DNA of 64,000 nt, taken from NCBI RefSeq assembly GCF_964204865.1, contig NC_135255.1, forward strand, positions 10,230,001 through 10,294,000, read 5' to 3'. The notes beneath the pieces were generated by a model. The model did not search any database. It was not told the origin of the DNA and was given only the letters and a program-made list of their open reading frames with translations. Shown one piece after another: positions 40,401-53,016 of the stretch. How positions within the stretch are numbered: position 1 is the stretch's first letter; each line of letters starts with the position of its first letter. The position numbers and the translations under genes are program-made. The stretch is from Styela clava. Its lineage: Eukaryota.

Positions 40401-43400
40401 TGTGATATTTTGTGATTTCATATGATGACAACAGAGGCTCCCTCTTCCGACGCACTGAGCGCATGGGGAAAAGCCTTCGAACCTGATGTCTGATGCTAAT
40501 CACAATGAAATAAGAACAAAATAATTCACTATTCAAAAAGTTTCAAAATGAAATCATATGTTCGAATATGGAGTATATTAAATTTATTTTAAAATGGGAT
40601 TATGTTCAACAAAGAATTTTTTATAAATCATTGTAAATTGATAAAAATTGAATTTGGTTATCGGAACGCTGAAGATCAACAATGTTTCTTTTAATATTCT
40701 CTTTTTACTGGGTAGAAAGTAAAATTAAGTGGGTATATTTTATGTCTTAGAAAATATGAAATTTAATGCACGAAAGTATGCTAAATTATTTCTGAAATCA
40801 AGATCTAACCTTATCAAATATCACCAATGTCTAATATTAATATATTCGATAATTGATTCATTTGGACATCCCTACTAGTGAGGACAATGTTTTATGTGCT
40901 TTTTCTATACTTATTAACTTCCATCCAGGTCACCCAGTTGACAGGCTTTTCAGATCCAGTATATGCAGAAGCATACGTTCATATTAATCAATACGATATT
41001 GTATTGGATGTGCTGGTTGTTAACCAAACTACAGATACTTTGCAAAACTGCACATTGGAGCTTGCTACTCTAGGTGAGGATTATGTTATTAACAAAATCC
41101 ATTGCTTCTCTCACAGATCCAAGCAATATTTTAACTTTTTAAGAATTACTGTTGGATTTGGTGGCAAATGACTGAAAAAAAATCCAAATCCATACAGTTG
41201 CTCGAATTGCAAATGTTTGCTCCAGTCGGTAATCTTGTGATACTATAAGATTTTGAAGTCACAACTACTGCTCTGATGTTTGTGATATCCATAATATTTG
41301 CCAGTTATTCCCATCAAGCTATTGTCAAAGCTTAATTGGGCATCTAACTTGTTATGGTATATTGTATTGTTCTACATTTTCAGGCGATTTAAAACTTGTT
41401 GAAAAACCAAGTCCTCTCACACTTGCTCCTCATGATTTTGCCAACATTAAAGCAAGTGTAAAGGTCAGTACTGTCTAGTATATTTTTATATTATTTATTT
41501 CTTCTGGGTGGTTTGGACTCTTCATATAGTCTGCAAGCCAGTTTAAATCGTCAAGTTTGTTTGGTTTTGATGTAAGACTGAGACTAATCACGATTTTAAT
41601 ATTGCATCGCTAAAGATTTGTTCAGACAAGTTAGTTTAATTAGCAATGTTCCCAGTTGCCTATGAGTGGCCTATGAATAACATTGATATAATGTAATCGA
41701 GTTATCCAAGAACAATAATCATTTGAAACTGTGAATAAAATTGGTTGAGCTTTAGTGTACTCTGATTAAGAATTGTACTGTCAACATGGGAAAGGTATTT
41801 TTAAGTTGTTACATATCTATTTTTGCGCTGAACATTTGTTTATTTGTTGGGTATGGTGAATTAAATCTATTTTCTAGCGGAATGTGTCTTTATTTTATCA
41901 ATTAGCATTGATTCATATCTGTTCGAAGACTTAGAAGAAGTGATCTTACTTTTGTTTGCTTTTTCCCAGGTTGCTTCCACAGAGAATGGAATCATTTTTG
42001 GCAACATCGTTTATGATGTATCGGGAGCTGGTAGTGACAGAAATTGTGTTGTGTTGAATGATATTCATATCGATATCATGGATTACATTACACCTGCTTC
42101 ATGCTCAGATTCTGAATTTAGGTTAGGTTTTGATTTAGAATGCTAAATACCCAGTTTTACTTTTGATGTGTTTCCGTCGGGTATTTTGTTTGCCATGTTT
42201 AAGTAAAAATTCAACAAATGGAAGCAAAAGAATAAATGCAATGCAGTCAAAGAATTAAACAAATCGCTGCCAATGCAGTTATTGTGAGTGGTATTCGTGA
42301 AGACCTTTGCTTGTGGCTGTAAAAGAACCACACCAAATTTCACATAAATCTCTATTTCATTTAAAAATGAAGTATTTTCACATTAGTTTTTTTTTTGATT
42401 TATTGAAAGAGATCTTTTTTTATTTCATATCAATTTTTAATTTTGTTGTTCTGAACCAGTTTCTTTTTTTCACATTACCTATTATAACTCAACGTCGAGT
42501 GTTCTATTTTCCCTAATTAATATTAAATATTAAAGCGATTAATTCAGCATATATCACCATTTTGGTTTTATTTACCCAAAATTTAGAAATTATTTTCAAA
42601 ACTTTCTTTTCTCCAACAGGCAAATGTGGGCTGAATTTGAATGGGAAAACAAAGTTACAGTCAATACAAATCTATCGAGTCTAAATGATTTCCTCAGCCA
42701 TATAATCACATCTACCAATATGAAATGTCTGACACCAGAAAAGGTATTATCTTGATTTTACATTGTATTTTAACTGGTTCTTCATTTGATTAGCATGTTT
42801 ATCTTATCATAAACAGTGGAAAAAAGATAGGTGTCTGGGACTGGATTATTCCACTCGCGAAATTCAAACCACAAATTTTAGGCCATATTTTCTGAAAAAT
42901 TTTCACTAAGTATGAAAGAATCAATTAGAAAAAATTTTAATGGGGGTTTGGGTTAAATTTTGTGAAGTTCGAATTGAAAACATTCTAGTTTTTAAACCCC
43001 AAAAAAATTAGAGTAGTTCAAAGAAATGAATATGACCGGTCACTTTAAATTTTCTGAAATTGTACTATTTAGCTGATTAAAAGTGATAATAAAAAGATTT
43101 GGCAACCCAATGTTCACCCCTCTTTATCCAATAGCTCATCTGTCTTTATTTTTAAGTCAGCAACTTTACATTTGTTCAAGTCCTTATTGTCCTATGTCAC
43201 CCGATTTTATCAATAGTTTTCTTTGTTTCTAGGGTTGATCTTAGACTCATTTGTAATTATTTAGGTTCTTGGAGGTGATTGTGGATTCCTAGCAGCTAAT
43301 TTATTTGCAAAATCGATATTCGGTGAATGTGCTTTGGCTAATGTTAGTATAGAGAAACCTTCAGATAAAGGACCAGATCATCCAGTGCAAGGACATATCA

Positions 43401-43662
43401 GGATTCGTGCTAAAAGTCAGGTATGCAATGAATAGGTCCCCAATCTGCTTATTAAATTGATACCAATAAATTTTTGTGAAATATTTCTTCCATTCAGATT
43501 CGTGGCTGTGTGCCTGTATTAGAAATTTGGAAATTCAAATTTGTTTTGTATGCCTATTATTGTCATTATTTTGTCATAATGCTAATTTTTCATATTTTCC
43601 AGGGGATGGCTCTAAGTTTAGGTGACAAGATAAACTTGACTCAAAAGAAGACCAAGAAATAA
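31418..43662 (+). CDS. COPB1: Coatomer subunit beta (beta-COP), about 20 exons
   Basis: Exons match COPB1 throughout: [125 protein letters not shown]. Confidence 0.98.
32040..32210. mobile_element. MITE with CCGTACATTTGAACCCA inverted termini; related fragment at about 8290-8375
   Basis: ACCGTACATTTGAACCCA ... TGGGTTCAAATGTACGGT; internal TTTGAACCC repeats. Confidence 0.65.
40411..40504 (+). ncRNA. SNORD100: Intronic box C/D snoRNA, SNORD100-like (guide for the 18S rRNA Gm436-equivalent)
   Basis: Terminal stem TGTGATT/AATCACA, box C ATGATGA (40422), guide AGGCTCCCTCT complementary to 18S AGAGGGAGCCT, D'-like CCGA, box D CTGA (40490). The 5' part resembles human SNORD100 as recalled (ATGATGACAAC..GGCTCCCTCT). 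Confidence 0.8.
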
Positions 43663-45802
43663 CACAGGTCTATATTTGGAAATATTTTTTCATGTAGATG
43701 ACTGATTTTGGAGAAGTAAGCGCAATAAAAGGCAATTATCAAATAATACTGAAATGGACATTTTTAAATTTATTTAGTTCGTTTTTTCAGATTCGGACAA
43801 AATCATATTCAACCTCCTAAAAAATCTAATTACGCCGTTCTTACAACTAATTTGGGCCACAGGTGACATTCACGTATATATGCTTAATATTGAAATATAT
43901 ACCGAGAAAAAAAACATGTGCATGGCTTCATAAGTCAGCTATTATGTTTAATGAAATATGGTTACCGATCTGATACTTGGCGATTTACTACATATTTACT
44001 TGATGTATAAATAATTGTCACTGTATGGTGACTATGCTATACTATATAATAAAAATGCGTGAATTTGAGAAAAAAATTCAAGTATTGTTATCTTTAGTAC
44101 TGGAAATATATGTTTCAGCTTCTGAATCTTCAGTAAGATCCTTGTTATTCAACACACGCTCAGTGATTGTTTTGTAGGACATTGAGAATTAGAAACTGCA
44201 TAGGTTGTTAGTCGTATTGAGCCCATTTCCAATAGTTTTGTACATCCAATTGCCAAAGCTTATGGATGCATCGTATAAATCTGTTGAATATGGTAGTTTC
44301 CTCAGCCTACCTTCTGCGATATAATCCAAGTCAGTTTCTGGATATTCTGGAAGTTTTAAAATCCTCAATGAATCCATGGATTGTGCTTTGGACTTGAATG
44401 GTCTATTCCGTTTATTCTGTGTTTATATAAATCTTATGCCAAGTCGTATCTTGTAGTCCCAAGTTGTGGATAATTCTCCAATTAATATTTTTGCTTTTTG
44501 AATTTCTATAACTTGAAATCATTTGGAATATATATATATTTAAAGCATTCCATTATAGTTCCTTAACTTCCAAATCAGAGCGGGCTTGTTTATGTTTTCT
44601 GTCCTTTGTATCTGTAGCACTGGGACAATAGAAATATCAATATACTATATCACTTAGATGGCTTTCACAAATTGTCCGTATATTTGAGTATTGCTTTCTT
44701 GTTGCATATGCCAATTCTGTTAAAGTAAGGTTTATCATGATGATTGACGACGAAAGAAAAAACATAGTTCTGCTCGATGGTGACAGTACCAGATTACCAA
44801 ATAACATAAAATTCATCTTTGTATTTTGTAAGCAATTAAGACTGTGTAGAAAAATGAACATTTAGAGTGTTCACAACTCCTCTTGGTGTAGTTTGATAGT
44901 CACCATCTGTCCATATACAACCTTGCTTACAATAGCTAAACTGTCTAATTTGCTGTAGGTAGATTTCTTTGCATTGTATGGTTATTACATTGTTCGATTT
45001 CATGTTGATATTATTTATCGCTTTATTTGAAAGTCCGAGGAAGTTGTGAATGTAAAAAAAATAAATGAATCATGCACTTGGGTATTTCTTTTAGAGGTTA
45101 TAAGCACATATTGTTGTAAGAGGAAAGTATAATACTTTTTATACATGGAACTAGTTCTTTATATCCAAGCAAGCGTGAAGTTCCCATTTAAGCAAAGTTT
45201 TAGGTCGACACTTTCGTTGCACTGATCCTTCTCTCGTCAAAATCTAAATTTTAACAGATGTGAACTAAATGTGACAAAACCAGATGAATTTGTAGATTAC
45301 CTATGGGCGTTAGATTAATGCAGAATTTGCGTTAGGGGTATTGACAAATTATGCACTGTAGCGCATGGTCCATTGTTTCCCACGAACACCAAATATTTTA
45401 AGAGTGCGCCGTGTCAAGATTAAGAAGACACATCCACTCGCCAACGTTAGGAATATTTCAAAATGGACTATAGTAAAAAAAACACCAGACAGCCGTTATT
45501 CTTGTTGGAACGTAGAAAGAGGAAAACACTGAAACGGCAAAACTCTGCTTTCAACGTCCCAAAACCAACTTCACCCGATGGCTTACGTCGCTCTGCACGG
45601 TCGCTGTCCGTTCGCGGGGACTTCGTAACTCACCGAAAGGCGAAGTCAAACATCGAAACACATGCATGATTTCGGATATTGTATCAGCGTGGGAGCTGAT
45701 TTTCCACTGTGTCCCGTGACCCACCCTCATCTACTCATCTGTCTGCCGATCTCATCCCGCAATTGTATATGGTGATTTTATTTTCATAATATAGGGTGTA
45801 TG

Positions 45803-45970
45803 CAGTGGCGGGATTCAAATTTTTTGTCAGCCGGTTCCATCATACAAAAGTCATATTTTTCAACCGGTACTGTTACAAAAGTCATGTTTTTTTCAGTAAT
45901 GCCAACCGGTTCGCTGATCTCATAAAATTCCGTGAGACGGTTCTATAGAACCGGCTGAATCCCACTACTG
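45803..45970. mobile_element. hAT MITE (~170 bp), copy 2
   Basis: Homologous to 19182-19350; TSD GGTGTATG/GGTATATG. Confidence 0.9.
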
Positions 45971-46921
45971 GGTATATGTGTTCCAGTTACCACTTGCTAT
46001 GAACAACTATCATCAGTCGGTACACCTCTTACTAGTCATTTGTTAATTGATACTAAGTACATTAGAAAAAAAGATTCCCGTTACGGGTCGAATTTCTACC
46101 TCCATCACTATAGCCAAAACTCTATCTTCTTCCTTCTATCCAACAATAAACTACTTGCGCATCAGTGATTGCTCATAGAAAATATTTTCGCGTGGAATGG
46201 CTTATCTGTCTCTTTCAAAGCCAACGCAATAACTATAACACCAGGCATCAAGCAATGGAAATTCGTGCAGAAACATTCATTGTCATGAAGGAATTACATA
46301 TAGAAAACCAATATAATTAAATAAGAAAATAAAATTTGATAAGCTGCGTTGAGGTATTGTTGTTTTGGGTTGTGGGGCAATAGTTTGTATGGACGTCAAT
46401 ATAACTTTCCGATCTTAAATGTTACCTACAAATTAGAGATCTTCTGTAGTTCCATGACGAAAATCAACGGATTAGTTGGACAAATTTGAACCATATTTTT
46501 TTTTTGTGTCACGCTTAGGGAATTCGTATATCATCACTGTGAATTCTGCGATGACCATTGGAGCATGATATTTTGCAGTATATACATATAAGTTGATGCT
46601 GATTTTAAAATACTATATATATGATATAGTCTATATATATATATATATATATACATACCAGCAATGTAACAAAAACACAGATTACGGAATCAGAAAGCGG
46701 GGGAAAACATAAAGTATATATAAATACTACCTAATTTGAGTAAAAAGAAACAGCCTGCGTTATTTCACTTGAAAATATGTTACAGCAGTTCAGCAGAGGA
46801 TTCAGGTACAGGTATATTTTAACCCCAGTTTGCTAAGTTTACCGTCATTTCAATAATGCCTAATGCACTGATATTTTTTGAATAAATATACACTTTTCAT
46901 CTTCGCGCTTCGCGCTATATA

Positions 46922-47139
46922 CCGGGTGGCCCAAAAGTAGGTATACAGTTATTAAACTATTTTATATGCTTTGAAGCTACTTGCAGTTCACTTTATGTTA
47001 CTTGTTAAGTACCAGAAAATTTGCTTATTTTTTTAGATAATAAATCTAGTGTGAATTTTACATTAGTTTACTAGCTGCTTGGAAGGTAATAAAAAATAAA
47101 TGAAATAACTGTATATATACCTACTTTTGGGCCACCCTG
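46922..47139. mobile_element. Tc1/mariner-type MITE
   Basis: TIRs CCGGGTGGCCCAAAAGTAGGTATA / TATACCTACTTTTGGGCCACCCTG flanked by TA. Confidence 0.85.
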
Positions 47140-47272
47140 TATATATATTATCTGCATAGCGATACGGTATTCTAATCCGTTTCTTTTTTCAAAGAGGTTA
47201 GTCGTGTCATGATTTCCAAATTAATTCTTATACTTGGCTAGACTTTGCATTGTAAATAATCGTGCAGGAAAA

Positions 47273-50200
47273 ATGAAAGTTATTTGTGCAGGAATGTCAA
47301 AATGTGGCACCAAGTCTGTTAACGCAGCACTTCGAGAACTTGGATACGTTGTCTACGATTTTATGGAAAATTATGACTTCTATAATGCCGAATACCAACG
47401 ATTCGTGAGTGACGATTGGACAGTAGACGATTTCCGTAAAATGTACAATGACGTCGACGTTGTTATTGATGGACCGCTCTATTATTTCTGGGAGGAAGCT
47501 TTAGAGTCTTTTCCCGAAGCCAAAGTAAGCACGTTTGCATGACCCCGCTAACAGTCTGCAATGGGCAATCTTTCACGATGCTGTCCATTGTTAGTCGTAT
47601 ATATATGAATTATGTTTATGTATAAAGTTTATGTACTCATGTAAATTCCCAGCAAAGACCAAATTTTCTCAATCTTTAGTGACTTAGAATACAATACAAT
47701 TTACATATGTATCCCGGGGAGAGGAAAGCCGATAAGACGGCTCAACCATATGGCGAACCACGGCCTCTCGTCCGATCACCATTCCATGTCGGGTATGGGT
47801 TTAGATAGTTATTTGTTTTTGGAAGCATGGACTTGATGGTGGAGGAAGCCGTAACCGACCAGCAGTTACGTGAACCACCCTACTGCGACGAGGAGTCCAG
47901 CAATCCTCTCGCGCATACCCATCTCGCATGGGATTCGAACCTGCGAACCCAATCAGAGTAATCAGTGGTGCGGTGGCGAGCGTATTTTTAACGCTTAGCA
48001 CGATGAGACACACCGCCGCGCCACTTTAATAATAGTCGAAAAAAAATAGAAAACGAAAATTTCATACAAATTGCCGAATTGTATTTATGCTATACCGGTC
48101 ATTATAATTTGAAAAATTAAACTTAGCGGGTCTCAGCCGAGTTGAAAATCAGTCAAAAGTTATCACCCAAAAGCTTGGTATTATGAATCAAATATCTGAT
48201 TAAGCACATCGAATCTGTAATATCTCTTAACAGGTCATTCTTATGATGAGAGATACGGATGATATTTGGTATGAAAGTATTTCAAGGCAAATTCATCGGA
48301 ATCTGAAGCACCATTTCTATTACAATTATCTCTCATCAACATGGCGAAGATTTTGGAGATTTGCTTTTAACGCAGGTACAACAATACATTAATTCTTCTC
48401 AGCTTTAAATATTTTTATTCGTCACACTCTTGGGTGTTGATCTAACCTTTGACCTCTAAACAATTCTTTCTTCACTTCACAGTTTCCGTAACAATGTCCA
48501 ATCAGCAGTGTGTTAACCGTGACGCACCAATTGAACTTTTTGCAGTAGTTCAGTCACACTTTCACACATTTTTAAGCCTGGTTGTAAGCGTTGGCTCGTT
48601 TTTGCAGTTTTGTGTACAGTCTGTTAGTTTTTAGATGAATTACCGAACTTTAAGTATATATATATAAACCAAATACCTCAATGATCATTTTCTTTTTCGA
48701 ATAATTTTCGTTTCGCTGCAGTGAACAAAAATTAATGACAAAAAGATGATATATAAAATAATATATCTGTATTTTTAAATGGCAGGCAGATTTACGAAAT
48801 ATTTAAATATTTTGAATCAAAATAGGGGTTAGGTGTAGGGATGTGAGTTTTGAATAATTTATTTTCGAATCGAATTTTCTTTGTTATAGCATTGCATTAT
48901 AACTTTCTTTAAAATTGGAATAACTACAGAATAAATTGTAATTAAATAATATTTAAAGGATCAATAATGTTACATGTTACGGGAACATCGTAGACATATG
49001 TTTTAATAAAGAATAGTGCAACGAAGGTATTATAATGATATTATATTGATACTTTGAAGAAGACATATTTATGAAAAGTCCTAATATTTCAAGTATTCGA
49101 ACAAAATTGAGCGAAACAATTGGTTCATATAACACCAGGGTTTTTTATGACTTGGAAAAGCCGCAAAGAGGGGCTTTAGTCCATGTTGAAACAATGCAGC
49201 TAAACGTCGCGCGATCGCCTCGTGTTATCTGAATTAATATTGAGTTTTTAAATAGAATCAAGCTATTTTTTTTTTCTGAAACGAAACAATCACCAAGGTC
49301 GATCGTTGATCGATCAATTCTGGTGCACTTCTCAAAATCACTTTTTTGTCTCAAGCAATCAAGCAGCGACGACTAGTAAATTTCAAAAAACAAGTTGAAA
49401 AAGGATAATTTTAGGATAACCAGAAAAGAATCCTCAGACAAGAAACTGAAGTCATCCATATAACCACAATTGAAAATCTGACTGAAAAACAGTTAACTTA
49501 CACTTGCAAACAAGCATCAATATATTGTTGGGGGATTTTGTTTAATTTTCTGGTAATAATTGAGTAAGAAAAATGCCATAATAACTTTTTTGCAATGGAC
49601 ATTTTCATGTTAGATTGATCACAAATATTTATATCCCAATCAGGTTTGCTGCCTTTTGGCGTTCACTATACTGGGTATAATACGATAGAAGAATCAATCG
49701 ATGCAGAATTGGCGATGAAGCAATGTTATAGAAGACATATTGCTCATGTTGTACACGTACGATGATTTATTTTATATAACAGTAGTTACTTATTATTGGT
49801 TACCACTTTGAGCGTATGCAAATAATCCGAGGTACATATAATTTGCATAAATGGTTAAAATGAATCCTGAATCAATTGCTACATTTACCAAAATTCTGGT
49901 TTTCATAGAAGTTCATTAGTTTTGTTCATATCGTCAAGTGTAGTATTTGGGCTTTGCGTAAATAAAACTGAAAAGTATATCTTTAAGAACCATGTGAGAT
50001 ATACGTCTACCTCGTTCCGTATTTCTCGTCAATGTTTAATATTAGGCGACTTTCACATTCATAATTTACAACAGAGCTGTCCTAAAGATCGTCTGCTTAT
50101 ATTCAACTGCAAAGAAGGTTGGAAACCATTATGCGATTTCCTGGAGAAACCAATACCACGTTTCCAGTTTCCCGTAATCAACGTTAAGAGTGAGCTCACA

Positions 50201-50326
50201 GAAGGTATTTGGAAGAGTGCTGTGTTGAAACGAAGTACAAAAGAAGTATATGTTTCTGTCGGCATCACAGTTATTACCCTGTGCAGCGCTGCCTATGTTT
50301 TAGGTCGTTTTAATAAATTCATATGA
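47273..50326 (+). CDS. P-loop sulfotransferase-like protein (Sulfotransfer_4 type) with C-terminal TM anchor; exons 47273-47524, 48234-48375, 49644-49756, 50075-50326
   Basis: MKVICAGMSKCGTKS..AL..LGY; D..PLYYFWEE....FPEAKVILMMRD...WYES; Y..HIAHV..SCPKDRLLIFNCKEGWKPLCDFL..PIP..FP..N. Confidence 0.88.
47689..48021 (-). mobile_element. tRNA-derived SINE, near full length; partial copies at about 58950-59090 (-) and 34525-34700 (+)
   Basis: Pol III A-box-like head and B box GGTTCGAATCC on the minus strand, shared body GAGAGGATTGCTGGACTCCTCG..GGTTACGGCTTCCTCCAC, simple-repeat tail (TTGTA)n. Confidence 0.85.
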
Positions 50327-53016
50327 ATGAACTGTCAACTTCAATTTGAATGAGTTTCCGTTGCTGTTAAGTCAAACCAGAACCAAGGTGGTTCTATATA
50401 CACGAAGTTACCAAAAAAACTATGTTATAAACTGAAGTAAAAATACAACAATATACAATATGTTTATCTCTTCACTTGGCCTTGAATATCTCCTATGTTA
50501 AGAATATTGTGTTCTGTTTTTGTGTTTATCAATATAAGACTAAATTGTGGATTGTATATATAGAAAATGAAGTAACAGTAAGTAATTAGTAAAAAAAACG
50601 GCATTATCTCGAATTTATACTTGCGGAGCAAAAAGAATACCCAAATAAGGAAGAGTTGGTGCAGTATCTACATATTTCAAGCAATTATGCTTACCTGCTT
50701 TAATGTTGCATTTATGCTATAATAAACCATTCTGTCTGAAATTAATAACAATTACTAACTCGATTTTCGTCCTTAATTACTAATAATTGGACACGCATAA
50801 TTTTGCTAAATTGTTATTGGGAAACGATCGGGTTTTCCAGCCACTAATGGGTCGATCTAATTCAAATTATATATTACTACTTGAAGATGAAACGCTATTA
50901 CATTTATCTTCCATATAGTACCCGATATTTCATCTAAAATGCTGCTGTTTTGTTTTAATTAGTGGGAACACTTTTTTGTTAATTATAAAAACATTTTATT
51001 TCGTCAAACTCCTACGCCGATCGTTTCAACAAAATCGGCTTTACCGTTGCCGATGTACGACCATTTTGTCGATATATTTGAGCAATGGCATCTTGATTTA
51101 TTGATAATTTTTCAATTATACCTATTCCTGTATATAAGATTTTTGGCTACAATTAATTAGCTTTTCATTTATGTGATGATTCGAATGGCATTTCTTTAAA
51201 CAAAGAGTGAACTCGCTAAACTATATGGATTCGCATTTTACTTCACGTGCGTACACATGCGGTTTCTTAATATCTAATCATACGAGTTAACATTTGGAAA
51301 ACCGCTCACCCCCTCAGTAAAGGATAATTAATTGACTGTCTCGACAGATTTACGCGGTTGTTTACCATATTTATCAAAGTGTAACTTGATCGCATAGCTC
51401 AAGTCATGCTGCATGCGTCTAAGCCCTGAGGCAAATTATATCGGATCGATGTCTCTGTACTTAGCATTGCCAAGCTTTATTTTAGGTCAGATAAAAATTT
51501 TGACTCCGACGACGAGTTTGAAAGTTGAATTTCGACAGGTGTGAAAACACGACACCGATACTCGGAAAAAAAACGCCCGGTCGATCCTGGGTTACTTATA
51601 ATACACATCACAGAAGACAGATTGACACCTTTATATAATATATATAGATATATTTATATTCTCATTTTCAACGAAATTCTGAAAACAGTTTCAAATTGTC
51701 GCATTCGCGGAAAGACACACACCAATCCGCAATAAATCATAAAAGGAAACAAAAAACACCAAACTACGATGAAAAGCATGATCATACAGTGCCCATATAA
51801 GACTTCAGCGTTGAAACACATTAAAAAGATCACGAGAATATAGTCATACATGCCATGAAAAAAAGAACGTTATTGGAGACACTGAAGGGCATAGGTGCCT
51901 TCTTATACCATATGCATTGGCATCAGGAAAAACGAAAAATTGAAATTTCTTATCATATCATATGATATCCGCTGTGAACGAGCATAGTTAATATTTTTAC
52001 ATTACTTCTCGACAGGTAATGTGTACACAGGATAATAAATTTGTATGGATCTTTTTGGCTCAAAGGAAAATTGAGCAAATAAACGTTTTTTAAAATAATT
52101 CTATGAAGATGGACAGGCATATATCCTCACATATAAGCCGAGTTTACAACTCAAATAATAATGAGTTGCCAAACTGAGGGGGCGGATTATACACGCACAA
52201 TTCTGATCGCACTATGAATTACGGCTTATACGCGCCTAACTCTGATCATAAATCTTTGGGAAATTTGAGCATACTTGGCAATGACACAATCGCAAAGTAA
52301 ATAGTTCATTAAACACATGATTGAACCAATATACATTTATGCAGTAAAGCTTATAAAGAGTGTGTATATACTACAAAGTGCAAGAAATCTATATTCCTAT
52401 AAAAGTTTGAGTTGAGTTTAAGTTATGAAGATTTGTTCTTTAAATATGAAGTAAGTTAACCCATATAAAAATGCACATAATGCCAGATTTAGAATTGCTA
52501 ACGTGGAACTTCGTGAGATTAAAATAAAATAAAAAATATTAAAACACAGTATAACATAATTGTTCTTTGTCAAATCCTTCTTTAAATCGAATTTATGAAT
52601 ATTTGCTCTTTAGTGGAACGAAAGATAGAAGATATAACGCGCATATACTGCCAGGTTAACAATGGAACTTCATAAGATTAAAATAAAAAAAATAATAATA
52701 GAATATACAGTAAATTACACTGTAAACGTTCGTTTTACGTTTTAAATTTTTCTCCACATTTTCAATCGAAATGTTCTCGAGGTCAATTTCATGGATAAAT
52801 TCACAAAAGAGCTGAAAATAACTTTGACATTTTTTTTCATGAAATCACTAATTTTGCTTTCAATTGATGTATCGCATATACTGAAGTAAGGCGTGCTTTT
52901 GTTTTGCCAAATCACAATTTTTTTTTACAAAGATACAAGTTCTAAAACGAACTCAATCTAGAATTAGCTGTTTGAAATAGGCTATAGTATAGGTGAGTTG
53001 CTTTGAAATCAGTAAT

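Noticed and set aside
47801-48013. tRNA-like B box and 70-aa ORF
   Set aside because: Part of a SINE with several degraded copies; no cloverleaf structure.
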